DNA from: Eledone cirrhosa
Lineage: Eukaryota
DNA length: 64,000 nucleotides
Direction of reading: 5' to 3'
Assembly (NCBI GenBank): GCA_964016885.1
Contig: OZ024740.1
Coordinates: 426,746,001-426,810,000 of the forward strand
Position numbers and translations under genes: made by a program. How positions within the stretch are numbered: the stretch's first letter is position 1; each line of letters opens with the position of its first letter. The notes under the pieces are model-generated. The model had not been told where the DNA came from. It made no database searches and saw only the letters and a program-made list of their open reading frames with translations. Below are positions 26,131-42,600 of this stretch, piece after piece.

Positions 26131-26692
26131 ATAAATATATAATAAATGTAATCTGATGTTTTTCGAATATTAATAATAACATCCGATTCGTTTGCAATTT
26201 TGCAAACAAGCCTCAATTTTATAGCCATGTCAGTAGAATGAACACTTCATTCTTGCCCTTGTGTTGGCATATGAACTGAGTGGAGCCAACAACCTTTGCT
26301 TTCACTCTGAAGCGGGATCTTCAGGGTAAAAGCAGAAATATATATATTCATTTATATAAAAAATAAATGTGTTCTCATGCGTATATATATGTGTGCATAT
26401 GTATGTATGTGTGTGCGTGTGTGTATCTGTATGTGTGTGTCTTCAAGAACTGAGACCTCGCTATTATGGCAAACATTAATATATATGGAAACATCATCCT
26501 GGTAACACATCCGTGCTGCTGAGAAAGCAGAACACTGCACAGACAAGATGGACAGCAGCTAAAAGCATTCCACCAATACAATATGAGACACATTCAGCCC
26601 ATCTAGAGGCAGAAGTAAAATGAAAATACCGAAGGTTGTACTTTGTACACAATACAGGTGTAACCATTGAAACAATTATAGACAAATCACAA

Positions 26693-26866
26693 TGGCAGCA
26701 TCGGTAGAGGGTCGGACATGCTTTCCAGCATAGTTATGTCCCCCTACGATCTCAGTTCAAATCCCACCGAGATTAACTTTGCTTTTCATCCTTACGGGAT
26801 CGATAAAATAAAGTACCAGTAATGTACTGGATAATTGCTGGCCTTGTGCCAAAAGTAGAAACAATT
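26693..26866 (+). mobile_element. SINE family A
   Basis: tggcagcatcggtagagggtcggac...cagttcaaatcccaccgagattaactttgcttttcatcc...gataaaataaagtaccag. Confidence 0.75.
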
Positions 26867-27632
26867 AGAGTGGAAATATGACACTCGTGTCGGATCAGCT
26901 CCTATAATCAGAACTTAAGGCAGTCACGAAATCATTCTGTGGCCAAATGAAGAGAAACAACGATGTCCTTCGTGTTACACTAATCAAATGTCAGACATCG
27001 TTGGCTGATTGTTATAGGATGGTCTGTTGACTGATGATCAAACAAGGAATTAGCGGTCGGATCAAAGAGTTACCGGCAACACCCCTTGTCTGGAATAGAT
27101 AAAACTGTAAAAAATATGCATATAATGTGTGCTGTGTACAGACATAAGTACAGGCAAACAAACAGATTAAGCACATGTATATAGACAAATAGTTTTCTAT
27201 ATAAATACACTTATCCTATCACTATCAATATGATATCACGTTGTGATAGTCAACATGAAAATGATAGGAAAGTTTAAAAAAACACGCATGAGCAATGGAA
27301 ATATAATTTATTTTGAGGCCTAAGTAATTTTAATAAGGTTGACTGCTAACATTAGATATACTTCGTTCTGCTGTTTTATTTAATAAACACACCATAAACA
27401 TCAATGAAACAAAGAAAGCAAAACAAAACAAAAAAATGAATATATAGAAATAAAATGAAATAAATGGAAGGAATTTAAAGAAAATTCAAGTGAAAGAGAG
27501 AGACCTATAGACGTGAGACAGAGAGAGAGAGAGAGAGAGAGAGTAAATATATTAAGTGACACTGACATATGAAACAGTTTTCCTGTCTAAGTTGACAAAT
27601 AGACGATAGCAGTTAAAGAGGTATTGATTGAA

Positions 27633-30600
27633 ACACTTTCACAGACATTGTGCAGCCCCACACAGTCGAACTCAGACACCACATAGAACATTGTACACAT
27701 ATACATACACTTTCACAGACATTGTGCAGCCCCACGCAGTCGAACTCAGACACCACATAGAACATTGTACACATATACATACACTTTCAAAGACATTGTG
27801 CAGCCCCACACAGTCGAACTCAGACACCACATAGAACATTGTACACATATACATACACTTTTCACAGACATTGTGCAGCCCCACACAGTCGAACTCAGAC
27901 ACCACATAGAACATTGTACACATATACATACACTTTCACAGACATTGTGCAGCCCCACACAGTCGAGCTCAGACACCACATAGAACATTGTACACATATA
28001 CATACACTTTCACAGACATTGTGCAGCCCCACACAGTCGAGCTCAGACACCACATAGAACATTGTACACATATACATACACTTTCACAGACATTGTGCAG
28101 CCCCACACAGTCGCAACTCAGACACCACATAGAACATTGTACACATATACATACACTTTCACAGACATTGTGCAGCCCCACACAGTCGAACTCAGACACC
28201 ACATAGAACATTGTACACATATACATACACTTTCACAGACATTGTGCAGCCCCACTCAGTCGAACTCAGACACCACATAGAACATTGTACACATATACAT
28301 ACACTTTCACAGACATTGTGCAGCCCCACACAGTCGAACTCAGACACCACATAGAACATTGTACACATATACATACACTTTCACAGACATTGTGCAGCCC
28401 CACACAGTCGAACTCAGACACCACATAGAACATTGTACACATATACATACACTTTCACAGACATTGTGCAGCCCCACACAGTCGAACTCAGACACCACAT
28501 AGAACATTGTACACATATACATACACTTTCACAGACATTGTGCAGCCCCACACAGTCGAACTCAGACACCACATAGAACACTGTACACATATACATACAC
28601 TTTCACAGACATTGTGCAGCCCCACTCAGTCGAACTCAGACACCACCTAGAACATTGTACACATATACATACACTTTCACAGACATTGTGCAGCCCCACA
28701 CAGTCGAACTCAGACACCACATAGAACATTGTACACATATACATACACTTTCACAGACATTGTGCAGCCCCACACAGTCGAACTCAGACACCACATAGAA
28801 CATTGTACACATATACATACACTTTCACAGACATTGTGCAGCCCCACACAGTCGAACTCAGACACCACATAGAACATTGTACACATATACATACACTTTC
28901 ACAGACATTGTGCAGCCCCACACAGTCGAACTCAGACACCACATAGAACACTGTACACATATACATACACTTTCACAGACATTGTGCAGCCCCACACAGT
29001 CGAACTCAGACACCACATAGAACATTGTACACATATACATACACTTTCACAGACATTGTGCAGCCCCACACAGTCGAACTCAGACACCACATAGAACATT
29101 GTACACATATACATACACTTTCACAGACATTGTGCAGCCCCACACAGTCGAACTCAGACACCACATAGAACATTGTACACATATACATACACTTTCACAG
29201 ACATTGTGCAGCCCCACACAGTCGAACTCAGACACCACATAGAACATTGTACACATATACATACACTTTCACAGACATTGTGCAGCCCCACACAGTCGAA
29301 CTCAGACACCTCATAGAACATTGTACACATATACATACACTTTCACAGACGTTGTGCAGCCCCACTCAGTCGAACTCAGACACCACATAGAACATTGTTC
29401 ACATATACATACTTTCAAAGACATTGTGCAGCCCCACACAGTCGCACTCAGACACCACATAGAACATTGTACACATATACATACACTTTCACAGACATTG
29501 TGCAGCCCCACTCAGTCGAACTCAGACACCACCTAGAACATTGTACACATATACATACACTTTCACAGACATTGTGCAGCCCCACACAGTCGAACTCAGA
29601 CACCACATAGAACATTGTACACATATACATACACTTTCACAGACATGGTGCAGCCCCACACAGTCGAACTCAGACACCACATAGAACATTGTACACATAT
29701 ACATACACTTTCACAGACATTGTGCAGCCCCACACAGTCGAACTCAGACACCACATAGAACATTGTACACATATACATACACTTTCACAGACATTGTGCA
29801 GCCCCACACAGTCGAACTCAGACACCTCATAGAACATTGTACACATATACATACACTTTCACAGACGTTGTGCAGCCCCACACAGTCGCACTCAGACACC
29901 ACATAGAACATTGTACACATATACATACACTTTCACAGACATTGTGCAGCCCCACACAGTCGAACTGAGACACCACATAGAACATTGTACACATATACAT
30001 ACACTTTCACAGACATTGTGCAGCCCCACACAGTCGAACTCAGACACCACATAGAACATTGTACACATATACATACACTTTCACAGACATTGTGCAGCCC
30101 CACACAGTCGAACTCAGACACCTCATAGAACATTGTACACATATACATACACTTTCACAGACGTTGTGCAGCCCCACTCAGTCGAACTCAGACACCACAT
30201 AGAACATTGTTCACATATACATACTTTCAAAGACATTGTGCAGCCCCACACAGTCGCACTCAGACACCACATAGAACATTGTACACATATACATACACTT
30301 TCACAGACATTGTGCAGCCCCACTCAGTCGAACTCAGACACCACCTAGAACATTGTACACATATACATACACTTTCACAGACATTGTGCAGCCCCACACA
30401 GTCGAGCTCAGACACCACATAGAACATTGTACACATATACATACACTTTCACAGACATTGTGCAGCCCCACACAGTCGAGCTCAGACACCACATAGAACA
30501 TTGTACACATATACATACACTTTCACAGACATTGTGCAGCCCCACACAGTCGAACTCAGATACCTCATAGAACATTGTACACATATACATACACTTTCAC

Positions 30601-33600
30601 AGACATTGTGCAGCCCCACACAGTCGAGCTCAGACACCACATAGAACATTGTACACATATACATACACTTTCACAGACATTGTGCAGCCCCACACAGACG
30701 AACTCAGACACCTCATAGAACATTGTACACATATACATACACTTTCACAGACATTGTGCAGCCCCACACAGTCGAACTCAGACACCACATAGAACATTGT
30801 ACACATATACATACACTTTCACAGACATTGTGCAGCCCCACACAGTCGAACTCAGACACCACATAGAACATTGTACACATATACATACACTTTCACAGAC
30901 ATTGTGCAGCCCCACACAGTCGAACTCAGACACCTCATAGAACATTGTACACATATACATACACTTTCACAGACGTTGTGCAGCCCCACTCAGTCGAACT
31001 CAGACACCACATAGAACATTGTTCACATATACATACTTTCAAAGACATTGTGCAGCCCCACACAGTCGAACTCAGACACCACCTAGAACATTGTACACAT
31101 ATACATACACTTTCACAGACATTGTGCAGCCCCACACAGTCGCACTCAGACACCACATAGAACATTGTACACATATACATACACTTTCACAGACATTGTG
31201 CAGCCCCACACAGTCGAGCTCAGACACCACATAGAACATTGTACACATATACATACACTTTCACAGACATTGTGCAGCCCCACACAGTCGAACTCAGACA
31301 CCACATAGAACATTGTACACATATACATACACTTTCACAGACATTGTGCAGCCCCACACAGTCGAACTCAGACACCACATAGAACATTGTACACATATAC
31401 ATACACTTTCACAGACATTGTGCAGCCCCACACAGTCGAACTCAGACACCACATAGAACATTGTACACATATACATACACTTTCACAGACATTGTGCAGC
31501 CCCACACAGTCGAACTCAGACACCACATAGAACATTGTACACATATACATACACTTTCACAGACATTGTGCAGCCCCACTCAGTCGAACTCAGACACCAC
31601 ATAGAACATTGTACACATATACATACACTTTCACAGACATTGTGCAGCCCCACTCAGTCGAACTCAGACACCACATAGAACATTGTACACATATACATAC
31701 ACTTTCACAGACATTGTGCAGCCCCACACAGTCGAACTCAGACACCACATAGAACATTGTACACATATACATACACTTTCACAGACATTGTGCAGCCCCA
31801 CTCAGTCGAACTCAGACACCACATAGAACATTGTACACATATACATACACTTTCACAGACATTGTGCAGCCCCACACAGTCGAACTCAGACACCACATAG
31901 AACCTTGTACACATATACATACACTTTCACAGACATTGTGCAGCCCCACTCAGTCGAACTCAGACACCACATAGAACATTGTACACATATACATACACTT
32001 TCACAGACATTGTGCAGCCCCACACAGTCGAACTCAGACACCACCTAGAACATTGTACACATATACATACACTTTCACAGACATTGTGCAGCCCCACACA
32101 GTCGAACTCAGACACCACCTAGAACATTGTACACATATACATACACTTTCACAGACATTGTGCAGCCCCACACAGTCGAACTCAGACACCACATAGAACA
32201 TTGTACACATATACATACACTTTCACAGACATTGTGCAGCCCCACACAGTCGAACTCAGACACCACATAGAACATTGTACACATATACATACACTTTCAC
32301 AGACATTGTGCAGCCCCACACAGTCGAGCTCAGACACCACATAGAACATTGTACACATATACATACACTTTCACAGACATTGTGCAGCCCCACACAGTAG
32401 AGCTCAGACACCACATAGAACATTGTACACATATACATACACTTTCACAGACATTGTGCAGCCCCACACAGTGCAACTCAGACACCACATAGAACATTGT
32501 ACACATATACATACACTTTCACAGACATTGTGCAGCCCCACACAGTCGAACTCAGACACCACATAGAACATTGTACACATATACATACACTTTCACAGAC
32601 ATTGTGCAGCCCCACTCAGTCGAACTCAGACACCACCTAGAACATTGTACACATATACATACACTTTCACAGACATTGTGCAGCCCCACACAGTCGAACT
32701 CAGACACCACATAGAACATTGTACACATATACATACACTTTCACAGACATTGTGCAGCCCCACACAGTCGAACTCAGACACCACATAGAACATTGTACAC
32801 ATATACATACACTTTCACAGACATTGTGCAGCCCCACACAGTCGAACTCAGACACCACATAGAACATTGTACACATATACATACACTTTCACAGACATTG
32901 TGCAGCCCCACACAGTCGAACTCAGACACCACATAGAACACTGTACACATATACATACACTTTCACAGACATTGTGCAGCCCCACTCAGTCGAACTCAGA
33001 CACCACCTAGAACATTGTACACATATACATACACTTTCACAGACATTGTGCAGCCCCACACAGTCGAACTCAGACACCACATAGAACATTGTACACATAT
33101 ACATACACTTTCACAGACATTGTGCAGCCCCACACAGTCGAACTCAGACACCACATAGAACATTGTACACATATACATACACTTTCACAGACATTGTGCA
33201 GCCCCACACAGTCGAACTCAGACACCACATAGAACATTGTACACATATACATACACTTTCACAGACATTGTGCAGCCCCACACAGTCGAACTCAGACACC
33301 ACATAGAACACTGTACACATATACATACACTTTCACAGACATTGTGCAGCCCCACACAGTCGAACTCAGACACCACATAGAACATTGTACACATATACAT
33401 ACACTTTCACAGACATTGTGCAGCCCCACACAGTCGAACTCAGACACCACATAGAACATTGTACACATATACATACACTTTCACAGACATTGTGCAGCCC
33501 CACACAGTCGAACTCAGACACCACATAGAACATTGTACACATATACATACACTTTCACAGACATTGTGCAGCCCCACACAGTCGAACTCAGACACCACAT

Positions 33601-36600
33601 AGAACATTGTACACATATACATACACTTTCACAGACATTGTGCAGCCCCACACAGTCGAACTCAGACACCTCATAGAACATTGTACACATATACATACAC
33701 TTTCACAGACGTTGTGCAGCCCCACTCAGTCGAACTCAGACACCACATAGAACATTGTTCACATATACATACTTTCAAAGACATTGTGCAGCCCCACACA
33801 GTCGCACTCAGACACCACATAGAACATTGTACACATATACATACACTTTCACAGACATTGTGCAGCCCCACTCAGTCGAACTCAGACACCACCTAGAACA
33901 TTGTACACATATACATACACTTTCACAGACATTGTGCAGCCCCACACAGTCGAACTCAGACACCACATAGAACATTGTACACATATACATACACTTTCAC
34001 AGACATTGTGCAGCCCCACACAGTCGAACTCAGACACCACATAGAACATTGTACACATATACATACACTTTCACAGACATTGTGCAGCCCCACACAGTCG
34101 AACTCAGACACCACATAGAACATTGTACACATATACATACACTTTCACAGACATTGTGCAGCCCCACACAGTCGAACTCAGACACCTCATAGAACATTGT
34201 ACACATATGCATACACTTTCACAGACGTTGTGCAGCCCCACACAGTCGCACTCAGACACCACATAGAACATTGTACACATATACATACACTTTCACAGAC
34301 ATTGTGCAGCCCCACACAGTCGAACTGAGACACCACATAGAACATTGTACACATATACATACACTTTCACAGACATTGTGCAGCCCCACACAGTCGAACT
34401 CAGACACCACATAGAACATTGTACACATATACATACACTTTCACAGACATTGTGCAGCCCCACACAGTCGAACTCAGACACCTCATAGAACATTGTACAC
34501 ATATACATACACTTTCACGGACGTTGTGCAGCCCCACTCAGTCGAACTCAGACACCACATAGAACATTGTTCACATATACATACTTTCAAAGACATTGTG
34601 CAGCCCCACACAGTCGCACTCAGACACCACATAGAACATTGTACACATATACATACACTTTCACAGACATTGTGCAGCCCCACTCAGTCGAACTCAGACA
34701 CCACCTAGAACATTGTACACATATACATACACTTTCACAGACATTGTGCAGCGCCACACAGTCGAGCTCAGACACCACATAGAACATTGTACACATATAC
34801 ATACACTTTCACAGACATTGTGCAGCCCCACACAGTCGAACTCAGACACCACATAGAACATTGTACACATATACATACACTTTTACAGACATTGTGCAGC
34901 CCCACACAGTCGAACTCAGACACCACCTAGAACATTGTACACATATACATACACTTTCACAGACATTGTGCAGCCCCACACAGTCGAGCTCAGACACCAC
35001 ATAGAACATTGTACACATATACATACACTTTCACAGACATTGTGCAGCCCCACACAGTCGAACTCAGACACCACATAGAACATTGTACACATATACATAC
35101 ACTTTCACAGACATTGTGCAGCCCCACACAGTCGAACTCAGACACCACATAGAACATTGTACACATATACATACACTTTCACAGACATTGTGCAGCCCCA
35201 CACAGTCGAACTCAGACACCACATAGAACATTGTACACATATACATACACTTTCACAGACATTGTGCAGCCCCACTCAGTCGAACTCAGACACCACATAG
35301 AACATTGTACACATATACATACACTTTCACAGACATTGTGCAGCCCCACTCAGTCGAACTCAGACACCACATAGAACATTGTACACATATACATACACTT
35401 TCACAGACATTGTGCAGCCCCACACAGTCGAACTCAGACACCACATAGAACATTGTACACATATACATACACTTTCACAGACATTGTGCAGCCCCACTCA
35501 GTCGAACTCAGACACCACATAGAACATTGTACACATATACATACACTTTCACAGACATTGTGCAGCCCCACACAGTCGAACTCAGACACCACATAGAACC
35601 TTGTACACATATACATACACTTTCACAGACATTGTGCAGCCCCACTCAGTCGAACTCAGACACCACATAGAACATTGTACACATATACATACACTTTCAC
35701 AGACATTGTGCAGCCCCACACAGTCGAACTCAGACACCACCTAGAACATTGTACACATATACATACACTTTCACAGACATTGTGCAGCCCCACACAGTCG
35801 AACTCAGACACCACCTAGAACATTGTACACATATACATACACTTTCACAGACATTGTGCAGCCCCACACAGTCGAACTCAGACACCACATAGAACATTGT
35901 ACACATATACATACACTTTCACAGACATTGTGCAGCCCCACACAGTCGAGCTCAGACACCACATAGAACATTGTACACATATACATACACTTTCACAGAC
36001 ATTGTGCAGCCCCACACAGTAGAGCTCAGACACCACATAGAACATTGTACACATATACATACACTTTCACAGACATTGTGCAGCCCCACACAGTCCAACT
36101 CAGACACCACATAGAACATTGTACACATATACATACACTTTCACAGACATTGTGCAGCCCCACACAGTCGAACTCAGACACCACATAGAACATTGTACAC
36201 ATATACATACACTTTCACAGACATTGTGCAGCCCCACTCAGTCGAACTCAGACACCACCTAGAACATTGTACACATATACATACACTTTCACAGACATTG
36301 TGCAGCCCCACACAGTCGAACTCAGACACCACATAGAACATTGTACACATATACATACACTTTCACAGACATTGTGCAGCCCCACACAGTCGAACTCAGA
36401 CACCACATAGAACATTGTACACATATACATACACTTTCACAGACATTGTGCAGCCCCACACAGTCGAACTCAGACACCACATAGAACATTGTACACATAT
36501 ACATACACTTTCACAGACATTGTGCAGCCCCACACAGTCGAACTCAGACACCACATAGAACATTGTACACATATACATACACTTTCACAGACATTGTGCA

Positions 36601-39600
36601 GCCCCACACAGTCGAACTCAGACACCTCATAGAACATTGTACACATATACATACACTTTCACAGACGTTGTGCAGCCCCACTCAGTCGAACTCAGACACC
36701 ACATAGAACATTGTTCACATATACATACTTTCAAAGACATTGTGCAGCCCCACACAGTCGCACTCAGACACCACATAGAACATTGTACACATATACACAC
36801 TTTCACAGACATTGTGCAGCCCCACTCAGTCGAACTCAGACACCACCTAGAACATTGTACACATATACATACACTTTCACAGACATTGTGCAGCCCCACA
36901 CAGTCGAGCTCAGACACCACATAGAACATTGTACACATATACATACACTTTCACAGACATTGTGCAGCCCCACACAGTCGAACTCAGACACCACATAGAA
37001 CATTGTACACATATACATACACTTTTACAGACATTGTGCAGACCTACACAGTCGAACTCAGACACCACCTAGAACATTGTACACATATACATACACTTTC
37101 ACAGACATTGTGCAGCCCCACACAGTCGAGCTCAGACACCACATAGAACATTGTACACATATACATACACTTTCACAGACATTGTGCAGCCCCACACAGT
37201 CGAACTCAGACACCACATAGAACATTGTACACATATACATACACTTTCACAGACATTGTGCAGCCCCACACAGTCGAACTCAGACACCACATAGAACATT
37301 GTACACATATACATACACTTTCACAGACATTGTGCAGCCCCACACAGTCGAACTCAGACACCACATAGAACATTGTACACATATACATACACTTTCACAG
37401 ACATTGTGCAGCCCCACTCAGTCGAACTCAGACACCACATAGAACATTGTACACATATACATACACTTTCACAGACATTGTGCAGCCCCACTCAGTCGAA
37501 CTCAGACACCACATAGAACATTGTACACATATACATACACTTTCACAGACATTGTGCAGCCCCACACAGTCGAACTCAGACACCACATAGAACATTGTAC
37601 ACATATACATACACTTTCACAGACATTGTGCAGCCCCACTCAGTCGAACTCAGACACCACATAGAACATTGTACACATATACATACACTTTCACAGACAT
37701 TGTGCAGCCCCACACAGTCGAACTCAGACACCACATAGAACCTTGTACACATATACATACACTTTCACAGACATTGTGCAGCCCCACTCAGTCGAACTCA
37801 GACACCACATAGAACATTGTACACATATACATACACTTTCACAGACATTGTGCAGCCCCACACAGTCGAACTCAGACACCACCTAGAACATTGTACACAT
37901 ATACATACACTTTCACAGACATTGTGCAGCCCCACACAGTCGAACTCAGACACCACCTAGAACATTGTACACATATACATACACTTTCACAGACATTGTG
38001 CAGCCCCACACAGTCGAACTCAGACACCACATAGAACATTGTACACATATACATACACTTTCACAGACATTGTGCAGCCCCACACAGTCGAGCTCAGACA
38101 CCACATAGAACATTGTACACATATACATACACTTTCACAGACATTGTGCAGCCCCACACAGTAGAGCTCAGACACCACATAGAACATTGTACACATATAC
38201 ATACACTTTCACAGACATTGTGCAGCCCCACACAGTCCAACTCAGACACCACATAGAACATTGTACACATATACATACACTTTCACAGACATTGTGCAGC
38301 ACCACACAGTCGAACTCAGACACCACATAGAACATTGTACACATATACATACACTTTCACAGACATTGTGCAGCCCCACTCAGTCGAACTCAGACACCAC
38401 CTAGAACATTGTACACATATACATACACTTTCACAGACATTGTGCAGCCCCACACAGTCGAACTCAGACACCACATAGAACATTGTACACATATACATAC
38501 ACTTTCACAGACATTGTGCAGCCCCACACAGTCGAACTCAGACACCACATAGAACATTGTACACATATACATACACTTTCACAGACATTGTGCAGCCCCA
38601 CACAGTCGAACTCAGACACCACATAGAACATTGTACACATATACATACACTTTCACAGACATTGTGCAGCCCCACACAGTCGAACTCAGACACCACATAG
38701 AACATTGTACACATATACATACACTTTCACAGACATTGTGCAGCCCCACACAGTCGAACTCAGACACCACATAGAACATTGTACACATATACATACACTT
38801 TCACAGACATTGTGCAGCCCCACACAGTCGAACTCAGACACCACATAGAACATTGTACACATATACATACACTTTCACAGACATTGTGCAGCCCCACACA
38901 GTCGAACTCAGACACCACATAGAACATTGTACACATATACATACACTTTCACAGACATTGTGCAGCCCCACACAGTCGAACTCACACACCACCTAGAACA
39001 TTGTACACATATACATACACTTTCACAGACATTGTGCAGCCCCACACAGTCGAACTCAGACACCACATAGAACATTGTACACATATACATACACTTTCAC
39101 AGACATTGTGCAGCCCCACACAGTCGAACTCAGACACCACATAGAACATTGTACACATATACATACACTTTCACAGACATTGTGCAGCCCCACACAGTCG
39201 AACTCAGACACCACATAGAACATTGTACACATATACATACACTTTCACAGACATTGTGCAGCCCCACACAGTCGAACTCAGACACCACATAGAACATTGT
39301 ACACATATACATACACTTTCACAGACATTGTGCAGCCCCACACAGTCCAACTCACACACCACCTAGAACATTGTACACATATACATACACTTTCACAGAC
39401 ATTGTGCAGCCCCACACAGTCGAACTCAGACACCACATAGAACATTGTACACATATACATACACTTTCACAGACATTGTGCAGCCCCACACAGTCGAACT
39501 CAGACACCACATAGAACATTGTACACATATACATACACTTTCACAGACATTGTGCAGCCCCACACAGTCGAACTCAGACACCACATAGAACATTGTACAC

Positions 39601-42600
39601 ATATACATACACTTTCACAGACATTGTGCAGCCCCACACAGTCGAACTCAGACACCACATAGAACATTGTACACATATACAAACACTTTCACAGACATTG
39701 TGCAGCCCCACACAGTCGAACTCAGACACCACCTAGAACATTGTACACATATACATACACTTTCACATACATTGTGCAGCCCCACACAGTCGAACTCAGA
39801 CACCACATAGAACATTGTACACATATACATACACTTTCACAGACATTGTGCAGCCCCACTCAGTCCAACTCAGACACCACATAGAACATTGTACACATAT
39901 ACATACACTTTCACAGACATTGTGCAGCCCCACACAGTCGAACTCAGACACCACATAGAACATTGTACACATATACATACACTTTCACAGACATTGTGCA
40001 GCCCCACTCAGTCCAACTCAGACACCACATAGAACATTGTACACATATACATACACTTTCACAGACATTGTGCAGCCCCACTCAGTCCATCTCAGACACC
40101 ACATAGAACATTGTACACATATACATACACTTTCACAGACATTGTGCAGCCCCACTCAGTCCAACTCAGACACCACATAGAACATTGTACACATATACAT
40201 ACACTTTCACAGACATTGTGCAGCCCCACTCAGTCCAACTCAGACACCACATAGAACATTGTACACATATACATACACTTTCACAGACATTGTGCAGCCC
40301 CACACAGTCGAACTCAGACACCACATAGAACATTGTACACATATACATACACTTTCACAGACATTGTGCAGCCCCACACAGTCGAACTCAGACACCACAT
40401 AGAACATTGTACACATATACATACACTTTCACAGACATTGTGCAGCCCCACTCAGTCCAACTCAGACACCACATAGAACATTGTACACATATACATACAC
40501 TTTCACAGACATTGTGCAGCCCCACACAGTCGAACTCAGACACCACATAGAACATTGTACACATATACATACACTTTCACAGACATTGTGCAGCCCCACT
40601 CAGTCCAACTCAGACACCACATAGAACATTGTACACATATACATACACTTTCACAGACATTGTGCAGCCCCACTCAGTCCATCTCAGACACCACATAGAA
40701 CATTGTACACATATACATACACTTTCACAGACATTGTGCAGCCCCACACAGTCGAACTCAGACACCACATAGAACATTGTACACATATACATACACTTTC
40801 ACATACATTGTGCAGCCCCACTCAGTCCAACTCAGACACCACATAGAACATTGTACACATATACATACACTTTCACAGACATTGTGCAGCCCCACACAGT
40901 CGAACTCAGACACCACCTAGAACATTGTACACATATACATACACTTTCACAGACATTGTGCAGCCCCACACAGTCGAACTCAGACACCACATAGAACATT
41001 GTACACATATACATACACTTTCACAGACATTGTGCAGCCCCACACAGTCGAACTCAGACACCACATAGAACATTGTACACATATACATACACTTTCACAG
41101 ACATTGTGCAGCCCCACACAGTCGAACTCAGACACCACATAGAACATTGTACACATATACATACACTTTCACAGACATTGTGCAGCCCCACACAGTCGAA
41201 CTCAGACACCACATAGAACATTGTACACATATACATACACTTTCACAGACATTGTGCAGCCCCACACAGTCGAACTCAGAGACCACCTAGAACATTGTAC
41301 ACATATACATACACCTTCACAGACATTGTGCAGCCCCACTCAGTCCATCTCAGACACCACATAGAACATTGTACACATATACATACACTTTCACAGACAT
41401 TGTTCAGCCCCACACAGTCGAACTCAGACACCACCTAGAACATTGTACACATATACATACTCTTTCACAGACATTGTGCAGCCCCACACAGTCCATCTCA
41501 GACACCACATAGAACATTGTACACATATACATACACTTTCACAGACATTGTGCAGCCCCACTCAGTCGAACTCAGACACCACATAGAACATTGTTCACAT
41601 ATACATACACTTTCACAGACATTGTGCAGCCCCACTCAGTCGAACTCAGACACCACATAGAACATTGTACACATATACATACACTTTCACAGACATTGTG
41701 CAGCCCCACACAGTCGAACTCAGACACCACATAGAACATTGTACACATATACATACACTTTCACAGACATTGTGCAGCCCCACTCAGTCGAACTCAGACA
41801 CCACATAGAACATTGTTCACATATACATACACTTTCACAGACATTGTGCAGCCCCACTCAGTCGAACTCAGACACCACATAGAACATTGTACACATATAC
41901 ATACACTTTCACAGACATTGTGCAGCCCCACACAGTCGAACTCAGACACAACATAGAACATTGTACACATATACATACACTTTCACAGACATTGTGCAGC
42001 CCCACTCAGTCGAACTCAGACACCACATAGTACATTGTTCACATTTACATACACTTTCACAGACATTGTGCAGCCCCACTCAGTCGAACTCAGACACCAC
42101 ATAGAACATTGTACACATATACATACACTTTCACAGACATTGTGCAGCCCCACACAGTCGAACTCAGACACCACATAGAACATTGTACACATATACATAC
42201 ACTTTCACAGACATTGTGCAGCCCCACAGAGTCGAACTCAGACACCACATAGAACATTGTACACATATACATACACTTTCACAGACATTGTGCAGCCCCA
42301 CACAGTCGAACTCAGACACCACATAGAACATTGTACACATATACATACACTTTCACAGACATTGTGCAGCCCCACAGAGTCGAACTCAGACACCACATAG
42401 AACATTGTACACATATACATACACTTTCACAGACATTGTGCAGCCCCACACAGTCCATCTCAGACACCACATAGAACATTGTACACATATACATACACTT
42501 TCACAGACATTGTGCAGCCCCACACAGTCGAACTCAGACACCACATAGAACATTGTACACATATACATACACTTTCACAGACATTGTGCAGCCCCACACA

